DNA of 64,000 nucleotides from Clostridiales bacterium (GTDB lineage Bacteria > Bacillota > Clostridia > Lachnospirales > Lachnospiraceae), in assembly GCA_012523775.1 (NCBI GenBank), contig JAAYTK010000074.1, forward strand, positions 7,055 to 71,054. The letters run 5' to 3'. Position numbers and translations under genes: made by a program. Each line of letters begins with the position of its first letter. The stretch's first letter is position 1. Below are positions 12,255 to 22,296 of this stretch, one piece after another. The notes under the pieces were generated by a model. It was not told the DNA's origin, did no database searches, and was given only the letters and a program-made list of their open reading frames with translations.

Positions 12255-13325
12255 TTATCTGACCTCAACTGTCCAATTATAGATATCGGGGATTTCTCCA
12301 AGCTGAATTCCTGTAAGGTTATCATAAAGTCTTTGACTTAACTCACCGATACCCCCATCCTTAATCTGCATAACATCATCCTCCCAACGAAGATGTCCGA
12401 CAGGTGATATTACTGCTGCCGTACCGGTACCAAATACCTCTTCAAGAGTTCCGTTCTTATGAGCATCACTTATCTCATCAATCGAAACCTTTCGCTCCTC
12501 GACCTTAATTCCCCACTCATTACAGAGTCTGATAACAGAGTCTCTGGTAACTCCCGGCAGTATGCTTCCGTTCAACTCCGGTGTAACCACTACCCCGTTT
12601 ATTTTAAAGAATATGTTCATTGCTCCGACTTCTTCGATATATTTCCTGTGAACACCGTCCAGCCATAATACCTGCGAGTATCCTTCTTCATGGGCCTTTA
12701 CCTGTGCTTTTAAAGATGCCACATAGTTGCCACCGGCCTTGGCCTCACCTATACCACCCTTGACTGCCCTGACGTATTCATCCTCTATCCAAATCTTAAC
12801 GGGATTAAGCCCTTCCGGATAATAAGGACCTACAGGTGACAAAATAATCATAAACATATAGGTTAGAGAAGGTCTTACTCCTAAGAAAGGAGAAGTCGCA
12901 ATCATAAAAGGCCTTATATATAGAGACGTTCCCTCCCTTGTGGGAATCCATGCCTTATCGATATTAACCAACTCTTTAATTGCTTGGACAAAGTCATCCT
13001 CGGGAATTTCGGGCATACATAATCTCTTACAGGTTCTGTTAGTACGCTTTGCGTTCATATCGGGACGGAATAATAATATTCTTCCATCCTTTGCTTTATA
13101 AGCCTTTAAACCCTCAAACATTTCCTGAGCATAATGAAATACCATGGCGGATGGCTCCAAGCTTATGGGTTGATACGGAATTATTCTCGCATCATACCAG
13201 CCCTTTCCGTCTTTATAATCCATAATAAACATATGATCCGTAAATATTTTTCCGAATACTAATGGATTATCCTCTCCCGGCAATTCCTTCGGTCTATTAG
13301 TCCTTTCGATTCTGATGTCTAGCAT
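12255..13325 (-). CDS. ilvE: Branched-chain amino acid aminotransferase
   Basis: FGKIFTDHM, HYAQEMFEGLKA, LYIRPF, AKAGGNY (PLP lysine), EEVGAMN and ILPGVTRDS motifs. Confidence 0.97.
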   Translation of the reverse strand: MLDIRIERTNRPKELPGEDNPLVFGKIFTDHMFIMDYKDGKGWYDARIIPYQPISLEPSAMVFHYAQEMFEGLKAYKAKDGRILLFRPDMNAKRTNRTCKRLCMPEIPEDDFVQAIKELVNIDKAWIPTREGTSLYIRPFMIATSPFLGVRPSLTYMFMIILSPVGPYYPEGLNPVKIWIEDEYVRAVKGGIGEAKAGGNYVASLKAQVKAHEEGYSQVLWLDGVHRKYIEEVGAMNIFFKINGVVVTPELNGSILPGVTRDSVIRLCNEWGIKVEERKVSIDEISDAHKNGTLEEVFGTGTAAVISPVGHLRWEDDVMQIKDGGIGELSQRLYDNLTGIQLGEIPDIYNWTVEVR

Positions 13326-13435
13326 TAATAACCCTTCTTTCCTAATTGATATCCTGATTTATACCAGTCGGTCATTCCGATTATTGGTTTTTACTATAAT
13401 ATTCCTTTTTTATATATTTTTCAAGCTTATTAATA

Positions 13436-13927
13436 TTATTTTTTTCTTTCGTACCTGCAGAAGGTATAAATCAAGTCATGATAGGTCTGTTCATCAGACT
13501 CCTCCGTTAAAGTCCAGTCATCCATCTCGTCCAGATTTGGAAAATATGTATCAGCCATATAGGCATAGTCAATCTTCGTTACATAAGCGGTATCACAAAG
13601 GCGAAGCATCTGACGATATATGCTCTCTCCACCGATTATATATATATCTTCGCTTTTATAATCCTTTACCACTTCCAAAGCCTTCTCAATACTGTTAACT
13701 ACGGCTGCATCCTTGACACTATATTCGGGATTCGATGTTATAACCACATTAAGGCGGTCCTTTAACGGGACCCCTCCGGGAAAGCTCTCCAAAGTCTTTC
13801 TTCCCATGATGACTGCTTTATGTATGGTTTCTTTGCGAAAGAAACGCTGATCTGCCGGTATTCGAACCAGAAGCTTATTCTGGTATCCGATAGCCCAGTT
13901 TTTGTCTACAGCAACGATAAGATTCAT
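13436..13927 (-). CDS. folA: Dihydrofolate reductase
   Basis: LIVAVDKNWAIG, VIMGRKT, PLKDRLNVV, IIGGESIY and DTYFP motifs. Start likely ATG 13927. Confidence 0.95.
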   Translation of the reverse strand: MNLIVAVDKNWAIGYQNKLLVRIPADQRFFRKETIHKAVIMGRKTLESFPGGVPLKDRLNVVITSNPEYSVKDAAVVNSIEKALEVVKDYKSEDIYIIGGESIYRQMLRLCDTAYVTKIDYAYMADTYFPNLDEMDDWTLTEESDEQTYHDLIYTFCRYERKK

Positions 13928-13949
13928 ATAATTCACCTCTTCTAATTGT

Positions 13950-14798
13950 CTAAATTGCTACCGGTATATTCTCAACCTTTGGACCGTACTTATAATTTCG
14001 TAATTCAAAGTCCTCAACCTTAAACTGATAAAAATCTTTAATATCGGGATTCATATAAAATTCAGGTGCATCATAAGTAGGACGTGTTATCAATTCCTCA
14101 ATTATGGGAATATGTCTGTCATAGATATGAGCATCTGCTATAACATGTACCAACTCTCCCACCTGAAAATCACAAACCTGTGCCAGCATATGAACCAACA
14201 CAGCATACTGACATACATTCCAGTTGTTTGCCGCAAGAATATCATTTGACCTTTGATTCAGAATCGCATTTAATGTCAGCTTATCGCTGTCAGGCTTTTT
14301 TGTAACATTAAAAGTGACACTATAGGCACAGGGATATAGATTCATCTCATGAAGGTCCTGATGTACATATAGGTTAGTTATTATCCTTCTGCTATAGGGA
14401 TTATTCTTTAAGTCATAAATAACACGGTCGACCTGGTCCATATAGCCCTCTTTATATTTATGTTTTACACCCATCTGATAACCATATGCTTTGCCGATAG
14501 AGCCACTCACATCAGCCCAGCTGTCCCATATATGGCTTCTTAATTCATTAACATTATTAGATTTCTTCTGCCAGATCCATAGCAGCTCATCAATACAATA
14601 TTTAAAGGCCAGTCTTCGCAGAGTTAACGCCGGAAATTCCTTAGATAAATCATAACGATTAACGACTCCAAACTTCTTAATCGTATAAGCATAGGTACCG
14701 TCATCCCATTTTGGCCTAACCTTTTCTCCCTCGGTGCTTGTGCCATTCTCCAATATGTCCTTACACATATTTATAAAAATATTATCAGCTAAGCTCAT
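13950..14798 (-). CDS. thyA: Thymidylate synthase
   Basis: SRRII, catalytic PC in LYPCAY, QRSND, and HIYDRH. Start ATG 14798 with SD GGAGG. Confidence 0.95.
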   Translation of the reverse strand: MSLADNIFINMCKDILENGTSTEGEKVRPKWDDGTYAYTIKKFGVVNRYDLSKEFPALTLRRLAFKYCIDELLWIWQKKSNNVNELRSHIWDSWADVSGSIGKAYGYQMGVKHKYKEGYMDQVDRVIYDLKNNPYSRRIITNLYVHQDLHEMNLYPCAYSVTFNVTKKPDSDKLTLNAILNQRSNDILAANNWNVCQYAVLVHMLAQVCDFQVGELVHVIADAHIYDRHIPIIEELITRPTYDAPEFYMNPDIKDFYQFKVEDFELRNYKYGPKVENIPVAI

Positions 14799-14873
14799 AT
14801 GATTTCCTCCGACCATTTATATTGATTATTATTGTACAACACATGACTAAATGAGGCAAGGCTTTTAACAACA

Positions 14874-14927
14874 CAAAAGCCACATGCAGTTACGATTGAC
14901 CCGTACCACATGTGGCTCATTTCTTAT
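14874..14927 (-). terminator. Probable terminator after nrdD
   Basis: Long stem AGCCACATG...CATGTGGCT followed by TTTT on the minus strand. Confidence 0.55.
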
Positions 14928-14937
14928 AGTTATCAAT

Positions 14938-17316
14938 TTACAGACTAACCAGCTGTTCCTCAACAAATTTCTTAATGTTTGAAGCATTTACATATTTATT
15001 GACCACTCCATCCCTAATATCCAGTAGGGTGGGTGCCTGTAATATGCTGTATTCCGTTGCAAGATCTGCGTTTTCTTCTGCATCTACCAGTGTATATGGT
15101 AATCCCTTCAGATACTCCTTGGCAAGGTTACAATTAGGACAGGTTTTTGTCGTAAACAAATATAATCCGTCACTTAATCCGAAAAACTCTGATTTTCTTT
15201 GGCTTTCACTGGTAACGCCCGTGCTAACAGACATCTGTCTTGAGTTTTCTATTTCATATAACTTTCTGTTCTTATATTCTTGGGCTTTTCCTTCGTTCCA
15301 ATTCTGTACAGGACGATAATAGCCTGTAATACGACTGTATACCTCAGCCCTACCGCCGCACTCCGGACATACAAAATGCTCTCCCTCTAAATATCCATGG
15401 GTGCTGCATACTGAATATGTCGGCGACAGGGTATAATACGGCAGCCTGTAATTTTCGGCTATAGTCCTAACCAACTTGGCGGCAGCCTGCCAATCAGGAA
15501 GCTTCTCACCAAGGAATGAATGGAATACGGTTCCTGATGTATACAAGGTCTGAAGCTCATCCTGAATATCAAGGGCCTCAAATATATCCTCAGTATAACC
15601 TACAGGAAGATGCGAGCTATTGGTGTAATACGGGGTATCACCCGGCTTTCCTGCCGTCTTTATATCCGGATAACGCTCTCTGTCATGCTTAGCAAGACGA
15701 TAACTGGTGGACTCAGCAGGAGTTGCCTCCAGATTATACAAGTCACCATACTCTTCCTGATAATCGGATAAGCGTTCACGCATATGATTCAGTACCTTTA
15801 TACTAAAGTTCAGGGTGTCTGTATCAGTCATGTCTTTACCAAGCCATTTGGCATTAAGACCAACCTCATTCATACCAACAAGTCCAATCGTTGAGAAATG
15901 GTTCTCAAAGGTGCCAAGATAACGTCTGGTATAAGGATACAGACCCTCTTTCATAAGCTTTGTAATAACATCTCTTTTAACCTTCAGCGAACGGGCGGAA
16001 ATATCCATCATTCTGTTAAGACGATTAAAGAATTCCTCTTCATTTGCAGATAGATATGCGATTCTCGGCATGTTAATCGTAACAACGCCTACTGAACCGG
16101 TACTTTCTCCGGATCCAAAATATCCACCGCTCTTTTTCCTTAATTCACGCAAATCAAGACGAAGTCTGCAGCACATGGAACGGACGTCACTGGGCTCCAT
16201 ATCGCTATTGATATAGTTGGAGAAATACGGCGTTCCGTACTTTGCTGTCATCTCGAACAGCAAGCGGTTATTCTCAGTTTCTGACCAGTCAAAATCCTTA
16301 GTAATAGAATATGTGGGGATAGGATACTGGAATCCTCTGCCGTTAGCATCACCTTCGATCATTATTTCGATGAAGGCCTTATTCACCATATCCATTTCCT
16401 TCTTACAATCCTTATATTTGAAATCCATCTCCTTACCACCGACAATACATGGAAGCTCAGCTAAATCTTCCGGTACTGTCCAGTCTAAAGTAATATTCGA
16501 AAACGGAGCCTGAGTACCCCAGCGACTCGGCGTATTAACGCCGTATACAAAGGATTGTATACACTGCTTTACTTCTTTATAGGTAAGCTTATCTACCTTT
16601 ACAAAGGGAGCCAAATATGTATCGAATGAGGAAAAAGCCTGTGCCCCTGCCCACTCGTTCTGCATAATACCGAGGAAATTGACCATTTGGTTACATAGAG
16701 TAGACAAGTGACTTGCCGGAGACGATGTAATCTTTCCGGGTATGCCTCCCAAACCCTCTTTTATAAGCTGCTTTAATGACCAACCTGCACAGTAGCCTGT
16801 AAGCATTGACAGGTCATGAATATGTATATCTGCGTTGCGATGAGCATTTGCTATCTCCTCATCATATATTTCAGACAGCCAATAATTAGCCGTTACTTTT
16901 CCAGAGTTATGTAAAATCAAACCACCCACAGAATATGTAACTGTAGAATTTTCCTTGACTCTCCAATCTTCCTCTTTAACATAGCTGTTAATTGTCTCTT
17001 TATAGTCAAGTATCGTTGACTTCATATTACGAATTTTTTCTCTATTCTTACGGTATAAAATATATGCCTTTGCCACATCGGTATAGCCTGATTGCTCAAG
17101 AATATGCTCGACACTATCCTGGATATCCTCCACGTGGATTTTATTATCCTTAATTTTACTCTGGAAATCTGCAGTAACCCTAAGTGATAACAGACCAATA
17201 ATTTCATCCGTGTATATTTTTTCTGTGGCTTTAAATGCCTTTGTTATTGCGTCGCTGATTTTTTGAAGATTAAAGTCAGCAACCTGTCCATCCCTTTTTA
17301 GAACACTAATCATCAT
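14938..17316 (-). CDS. nrdD: Anaerobic (class III) ribonucleoside-triphosphate reductase with N-terminal ATP cone and C-terminal glutaredoxin-like domain
   Basis: VLKRDG ATP cone, HIHDL, YCAGWS, finger loop SMCCRL, LEATPAES, YTSGTVFH, Zn-site cysteines CSTHG/CPECG, glycyl-radical motif YSRITGY, and a C-terminal CPNC domain. Confidence 0.96.
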   Translation of the reverse strand: MMISVLKRDGQVADFNLQKISDAITKAFKATEKIYTDEIIGLLSLRVTADFQSKIKDNKIHVEDIQDSVEHILEQSGYTDVAKAYILYRKNREKIRNMKSTILDYKETINSYVKEEDWRVKENSTVTYSVGGLILHNSGKVTANYWLSEIYDEEIANAHRNADIHIHDLSMLTGYCAGWSLKQLIKEGLGGIPGKITSSPASHLSTLCNQMVNFLGIMQNEWAGAQAFSSFDTYLAPFVKVDKLTYKEVKQCIQSFVYGVNTPSRWGTQAPFSNITLDWTVPEDLAELPCIVGGKEMDFKYKDCKKEMDMVNKAFIEIMIEGDANGRGFQYPIPTYSITKDFDWSETENNRLLFEMTAKYGTPYFSNYINSDMEPSDVRSMCCRLRLDLRELRKKSGGYFGSGESTGSVGVVTINMPRIAYLSANEEEFFNRLNRMMDISARSLKVKRDVITKLMKEGLYPYTRRYLGTFENHFSTIGLVGMNEVGLNAKWLGKDMTDTDTLNFSIKVLNHMRERLSDYQEEYGDLYNLEATPAESTSYRLAKHDRERYPDIKTAGKPGDTPYYTNSSHLPVGYTEDIFEALDIQDELQTLYTSGTVFHSFLGEKLPDWQAAAKLVRTIAENYRLPYYTLSPTYSVCSTHGYLEGEHFVCPECGGRAEVYSRITGYYRPVQNWNEGKAQEYKNRKLYEIENSRQMSVSTGVTSESQRKSEFFGLSDGLYLFTTKTCPNCNLAKEYLKGLPYTLVDAEENADLATEYSILQAPTLLDIRDGVVNKYVNASNIKKFVEEQLVSL

Positions 17317-17415
17317 ATGTAACAGTCTCCTTCCCTCGTCTTATAATAGAGAAATTTTCACGCATATCCTACATGATTTTATAGTATCAGAATTAATATA
17401 TTAAGTCAATATTAA

Positions 17416-17462
17416 ATACTAGATATATGAGAAATTTTCTAACCTTCCACAATATCTAGTAT
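17416..17462. promoter_or_regulatory. Tandem NrdR boxes upstream of nrdD
   Basis: ATACTAGATATATGAG (17416-17431) and CCACAATATCTAGTAT (17447-17462) resemble acaCwAtATaTwGtg and start 31 bp apart. They lie just upstream of a TTGACT -35 (17404-17409, minus strand). Confidence 0.8.
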
Positions 17463-17533
17463 TTATATTAGTAAATAATGCCTATAATTTTTTTAGAAAA
17501 AATGCCGACAACCGCTAATATAGCTCGGCATAT

Positions 17534-18778
17534 TTATAAACCCCTGAGCAACTCCTTTGAAATATAAGCCTTGACATAAATTCCTTCCTGTCTGAACTCC
17601 TCGACGAGAAGCTGGCCGTACTTTCGTATGGTCTGAATCTTTCCTGCTTCACTATAGGGAAACAACTCTTCTATGAGAATCTTCTGCTCCGTCAATACCC
17701 TCTCAATAGTATCAAGCAGCTTATCAACACCCTCACCGGTTTTGGCTGAAAGCTTTACTGTATGGTCTGCCTTAAAATCCTTTATAACCTGTTCTGTTTC
17801 AACCAAATCCTGCTTATTAAATACTGTGATTATCGATTTATCCTTGACTCCTAAATTGGCCAATGTCTCATATACTATATGCATCTGCTTATATGCATCC
17901 GGATTAACACTGTCCACTACATGGATAATAATATCCGCATATTTTGCCTCTTCGAGAGTACTCCGAAATGCTTCGACCAGATGGTGGGGAAGCTTGCGAA
18001 TAAATCCGACTGTATCGGTAAATAACACCTGCTGCCCACTCTCCATCGTATAACTCCTGGTTGTGGGATCCAATGTCGCAAACAGCTTATCCTCTTCCAA
18101 TACTCCTGCATCTGTCAGATAGTTTATTAAGGTGGATTTACCGGCATTGGTATAACCCACGATGGCCAGCACAGGAATATTGCTCCTGCTTCTAAGACTT
18201 CTCGCGGTCTCTCTGCTCTTCTCTAGGCTTGCCAATTCTCTTTTTAGCTGAGACAAGCGCTCCCTGATATGGCGTCGGTCGGTCTCCAGCTTTTTCTCTC
18301 CCGGGCCTCTTGTACCGATTCCACCACCGAGTCTTGATAAGATATTTCCCATACCTACCAGCCTTGTCGAACGATACTTAAGCTGCGCCATCTCAACCTG
18401 TAGCTTACCCTCTTTGGTAGTGGCACGCTTTGCAAATATATCCAGAATAAGAACTGTCCTATCCAATACAATTGTTTGCAGAGCATCCTCAAGATTCTTA
18501 AGCTGTGCCGGTGATAATTCATCGTCACATACCACACCGGTAGCATCCGATTCAAAAATCATCTGCCTGACTTCTTCTATTTTACCTTTTCCTATATAGG
18601 TTGAGGGATGAATCTTTTCTCTGTTCTGGATTATCATACCTACCGTAAAGCCCCCGGCGGTATCAACCAGCTCCCTTAATTCCTCCAAGGATTCCTTCGT
18701 ATCATCACTATCGGAAGCGGAAACCCCTACCAATACGAACCGCTCCTCCTGAACATCAATATTATATAGCTTCGACAT
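17534..18778 (-). CDS. hflX: Ribosome-splitting GTPase HflX
   Basis: TYIGKGK, DELSPAQ, GGIGTRGPGEKKLE, VGYTNAGKST, LFATLDPT and DTVGFI motifs. Confidence 0.97.
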   Translation of the reverse strand: MSKLYNIDVQEERFVLVGVSASDSDDTKESLEELRELVDTAGGFTVGMIIQNREKIHPSTYIGKGKIEEVRQMIFESDATGVVCDDELSPAQLKNLEDALQTIVLDRTVLILDIFAKRATTKEGKLQVEMAQLKYRSTRLVGMGNILSRLGGGIGTRGPGEKKLETDRRHIRERLSQLKRELASLEKSRETARSLRSRSNIPVLAIVGYTNAGKSTLINYLTDAGVLEEDKLFATLDPTTRSYTMESGQQVLFTDTVGFIRKLPHHLVEAFRSTLEEAKYADIIIHVVDSVNPDAYKQMHIVYETLANLGVKDKSIITVFNKQDLVETEQVIKDFKADHTVKLSAKTGEGVDKLLDTIERVLTEQKILIEELFPYSEAGKIQTIRKYGQLLVEEFRQEGIYVKAYISKELLRGL

Positions 18779-18818
18779 ATTATACTCCGTTCCGACACTT
18801 GCTTAAGCTTGTTCTCTA

Positions 18819-20021
18819 TCATTCATCGGAGCCGTTGCTCAAACTCGGTAATCTTGAAACTATAAAGTCCTTTTCTCTTATAGCTTCCTTATCCCCTTGA
18901 TAGACCATTATATATTTATCAAGCTTGCTTAGCGCCTTCTCAAAATCTCCTAATTTTTCATAGACTATAATTTCGTTCTTTAGCAGCACCCTTAATATAT
19001 CATTATTGGCATATTTTATTCCCTTCTCTAAGTAAGGTAATGCCTGTTCGTAATCCTCAGCTTTCATTAAACAGGAAGCAATCTGATTATATACCTCAGG
19101 AGAATTATTGCCTCCTTCTTCAATATATTTCTCATAATAATACTTTGCAGTGGAATAATCCTTCTTCTGCATATAGATTTCACCTATGTAAAAATAGGCG
19201 TCAATAAATCCATTGGCAAAGCTTTCACTTAACTCCGGAAAGGCTTGATCATAAAGCCCCTGATAAAAATGAATCTTAGCTAAATTAAATTTATCCGCTT
19301 TTGTTTTTATCTCAATCTCAGCAGCTTTGCTTAACAGCTCATTTGCCTCGGTCTCTCTGTTCATCTCCTTCAGTAAATAATATTTCCTGAAATAATACTC
19401 GTAATTATTCTCCTGTAAGGCTATCGCTTTATCATAATCATCTAATCCTTTTTCATATTCACCGATTTTTTGATAAGCATACGCACGGTCTGCCAATACC
19501 TGAGCATCTTCTCCAAACTCCCGGATTATATCGGTATATGTTTCTACGGCATCCTTATAAGCACCTATAGAGATTAACACATATCCTTTATAATACAATA
19601 TATCCATATTCAAGTCTGATAATTCACTGATACTCAGCGCCTCATCGAAATGATTTATCGCTTCTAAATAATTATGAGTGTTGACATAAGCGATTCCTTT
19701 ACCTCTCAATGCCCGTTTATTATTTGCCTGGACTATAGGAACCTTCTTATCCATAATAACCCGGTCAAATTGCTCGATAGCTTCATCATAGCGAGAAAGT
19801 CCAATAAGGGCCATACCATAATCTATATAATATTCGGCTCTGTTAGGATTTTTGTCAATTGACGATGAAAAATACCTGGCTGCCTCTTCGTAATTTCCAC
19901 TGGTAAAATGCTTTTTTCCACTACGGTAATACCCACCTGCTTCGCTGCAGCCGTTTAATATAACCATCATAATTAAGAATAAACCCGTAAATAACAGCTT
20001 TCTCATTATGGTTACCTCCAA
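18819..20021 (-). CDS. Tetratricopeptide-repeat lipoprotein
   Basis: Lipobox LNGC after a hydrophobic signal, followed by about 9-10 TPR-like 34-aa helical repeats. Probably co-transcribed with hflX (40 bp gap). Confidence 0.85.
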   Translation of the reverse strand: MEVTIMRKLLFTGLFLIMMVILNGCSEAGGYYRSGKKHFTSGNYEEAARYFSSSIDKNPNRAEYYIDYGMALIGLSRYDEAIEQFDRVIMDKKVPIVQANNKRALRGKGIAYVNTHNYLEAINHFDEALSISELSDLNMDILYYKGYVLISIGAYKDAVETYTDIIREFGEDAQVLADRAYAYQKIGEYEKGLDDYDKAIALQENNYEYYFRKYYLLKEMNRETEANELLSKAAEIEIKTKADKFNLAKIHFYQGLYDQAFPELSESFANGFIDAYFYIGEIYMQKKDYSTAKYYYEKYIEEGGNNSPEVYNQIASCLMKAEDYEQALPYLEKGIKYANNDILRVLLKNEIIVYEKLGDFEKALSKLDKYIMVYQGDKEAIREKDFIVSRLPSLSNGSDE

Positions 20022-20114
20022 TTATCGGTACCGGGTACCACCACTATATATTGTGTTCCTCTTACATTATACAACACCATCCACGATATGGCAACAATTG
20101 TGGACATGAATAAA

Positions 20115-20163
20115 CAAAAAAATGCCACGGTCGAAAAGCATTTTAAGCCTCCGACTGTGGCAT
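20115..20163 (-). terminator. Terminator after hppA
   Basis: ATGCCACGGTCG...CGACTGTGGCAT stem with a 7-A tract (U-tract on the minus strand). Confidence 0.7.
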
Positions 20164-20196
20164 ATTATTTATGTTAATTTAATTATGTTAATTTAA

Positions 20197-22296
20197 TTAG
20201 AATATTGATAGTGTAAGGAACAGAGTAGCCATTATTGAAGCCACCAATGTAACTACGGTTATCTGTGTATTGATAGAAGGGCCTGCCGTATCCTTGAAAG
20301 GATCTCCGACGGTATCACCAATAACAGCCGCTTTATGAGCTTCGGAATTCTTACCACCGTGATTTCCGGCTTCAATGTATTTCTTGGTATTATCCCAAAG
20401 ACCACCGGAGTTGGACATGAATAATGCAAATATAAGTCCGCTTACAATATTACCGGTAATAAATCCGCCTACTGCCTGAACTCCGCCGATAAATCCTACA
20501 ACCATTGTGGATACTATTGCCACAAGACCTGCGGGTATTAATTCCTTAAGCGCTCCGGTTGTTGCGATTTCAATACATTTATCATATTCAGGCTTAACGC
20601 CTTCTTTTCCTTCTCTTAAGCCAACGATTTCCTTGAACTGACGATGAATTTCAGCAATCATACGCTGTGCATTACGGTCAACGCCCAGCATAAGCATAGC
20701 TGAAAATACGGGAGGAATTGCCGCACCAACCAATAAACCAAAGAACACAACCGGATCGGTAACGTCAAACCCTGTTAACTTCTCAATATTCAGTCCCAAA
20801 GCTGCTATTCCGTCATTAACCTCGGTGATAAATGCTCCGAGTAATGCTATAACGGTTAGACCCGCAGCACCGATTGAGAAGCCCTTGGTAACCGCCTTAA
20901 CCGTATTACCGGCACTGTCCAAAGAGTCGGTAATCTCTAATGCCTTATCTCCCAAATCGCCCATTTCTACAAGACCACGGGCATTGTCAACTATAGGACC
21001 GTAAGCGTCATTGGAGATAATCATTCCAACTATAGAAAGCATACCCACAGCCGCCATCGCGATACCAAACATTCCATAGGCAACCTCGTTACCGCCTGCT
21101 CCAAGAGGGGCAACCAGCTTATAAGCTGCAAGTGCGGAAATACCAATACCGATCATTGCAGGAAGTCCGCTTAGTAAACCATAGGATACACCTGATGTAA
21201 TGGTAAATGCAGGACCTGATTCGCAGGCCTTAGCAACCATATGCACAGGCTTCTTATTATCATTGGTAAAGTAATCACTGGTTATACCTATAATGGTGCC
21301 TACAACGAGGCCGATTGCACTGGCTCCCCAAATGCGCCAATCGAAGCCAAACGCAAAAGTAGCAACGGCTGTCAGAACACCGTATATGATTGTTGTTACA
21401 TAAGTATTGGTGTTAAGAGCTCTGGTGGGATCTCCACCCTCTTTCATGTTGGCAGTGAATACTCCGATAATAGATGCAAGTAATCCGATACCTGCATAAC
21501 ATAGAACCATGCCCATATTCTTCTCGGGATTACCCAGAGAAGCCGCCATTACAAGGGCTGCTGCCATAGACGCAACGTTGGAATCAAAAAGATCCGCACC
21601 CATTCCTGCTACGTCACCTACGTTATCACCCACGTTATCTGCAATAACCGCAGGGTTTCTGGGATCGTCTTCAGGAATACCCAGCTCAACCTTTCCTGCC
21701 AGGTCAGCACTTACGTCAGCTGTCTTAGTAAATATTCCTCCACCCGCCTTAGCAAACAGGGCTAAGGAACTGGCACCAAAGGAGAATCCTAATAATGCCG
21801 ATGTATTTCCTGTTAATAATAGAACCAGCGTTACTCCAAACAAGCTGGAGCCTACAACCGCCATACCCATAACAGCTCCGCCACGGTAGCCTGCCATAAA
21901 TGACGGTTTAATTCCTTTTGTTGCCGCTTCTGCAGATTTTACATTAGCAATTGTAGCGATGCTGATTCCGATTTTACCTGCAATCGCTGAGAACACCGTA
22001 CCGAATATGTACGATACTGTCATAGTAATATTAGCAAGAACATCTCCCTTCCAAATCGGTGAAGGCAGAAATACAAAGATAAGCAATGCAACCACAATAG
22101 TAAATCTGGTTAAAACCTTATACTCCTTAGCCAAGAATGTGTTTGCACCATTCTTAATCAGTTGTCCCACCTCTGCTACCTTTTTATTGGAAGATGGTCG
22201 GGACGCAACCCAACGGTAAAGCCAAATTGCCGTACCAAATGCTAATACTGAAATAATGATAGCAGTAACATAAAAAAAGGTTAGATTAGCTTCCAA
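20197..22296 (-). CDS. hppA: Membrane-bound ion-translocating pyrophosphatase, K+-independent type
   Basis: GGGIFTKTADVSADLAGKVE, EDDPRNPAVIADNVGDNVGD, DAYGPIVDNA, GNTVKA, GGLWDNTKKYIE and IGDTVGDPFKDT motifs. SD AGGGAG spacing favours TTG 22296 over TTG 22305. Confidence 0.95.
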   Translation of the reverse strand: MEANLTFFYVTAIIISVLAFGTAIWLYRWVASRPSSNKKVAEVGQLIKNGANTFLAKEYKVLTRFTIVVALLIFVFLPSPIWKGDVLANITMTVSYIFGTVFSAIAGKIGISIATIANVKSAEAATKGIKPSFMAGYRGGAVMGMAVVGSSLFGVTLVLLLTGNTSALLGFSFGASSLALFAKAGGGIFTKTADVSADLAGKVELGIPEDDPRNPAVIADNVGDNVGDVAGMGADLFDSNVASMAAALVMAASLGNPEKNMGMVLCYAGIGLLASIIGVFTANMKEGGDPTRALNTNTYVTTIIYGVLTAVATFAFGFDWRIWGASAIGLVVGTIIGITSDYFTNDNKKPVHMVAKACESGPAFTITSGVSYGLLSGLPAMIGIGISALAAYKLVAPLGAGGNEVAYGMFGIAMAAVGMLSIVGMIISNDAYGPIVDNARGLVEMGDLGDKALEITDSLDSAGNTVKAVTKGFSIGAAGLTVIALLGAFITEVNDGIAALGLNIEKLTGFDVTDPVVFFGLLVGAAIPPVFSAMLMLGVDRNAQRMIAEIHRQFKEIVGLREGKEGVKPEYDKCIEIATTGALKELIPAGLVAIVSTMVVGFIGGVQAVGGFITGNIVSGLIFALFMSNSGGLWDNTKKYIEAGNHGGKNSEAHKAAVIGDTVGDPFKDTAGPSINTQITVVTLVASIMATLFLTLSIF

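Noticed and set aside
18779-18818. hflXr-type antibiotic-responsive leader
   Set aside because: The 40-bp gap has no room for a leader peptide or attenuator.
20026-20040. TGGTACCCGG(T/C)ACC motif shared with the terminator at 23948-23961
   Set aside because: Two short occurrences are not enough to call a repeat family.
20169-20196. 14-bp tandem duplication TTATGTTAATTTAA x2 right after the hppA stop
   Set aside because: Only two AT-rich copies, most likely slippage. It is not a CRISPR or functional array.
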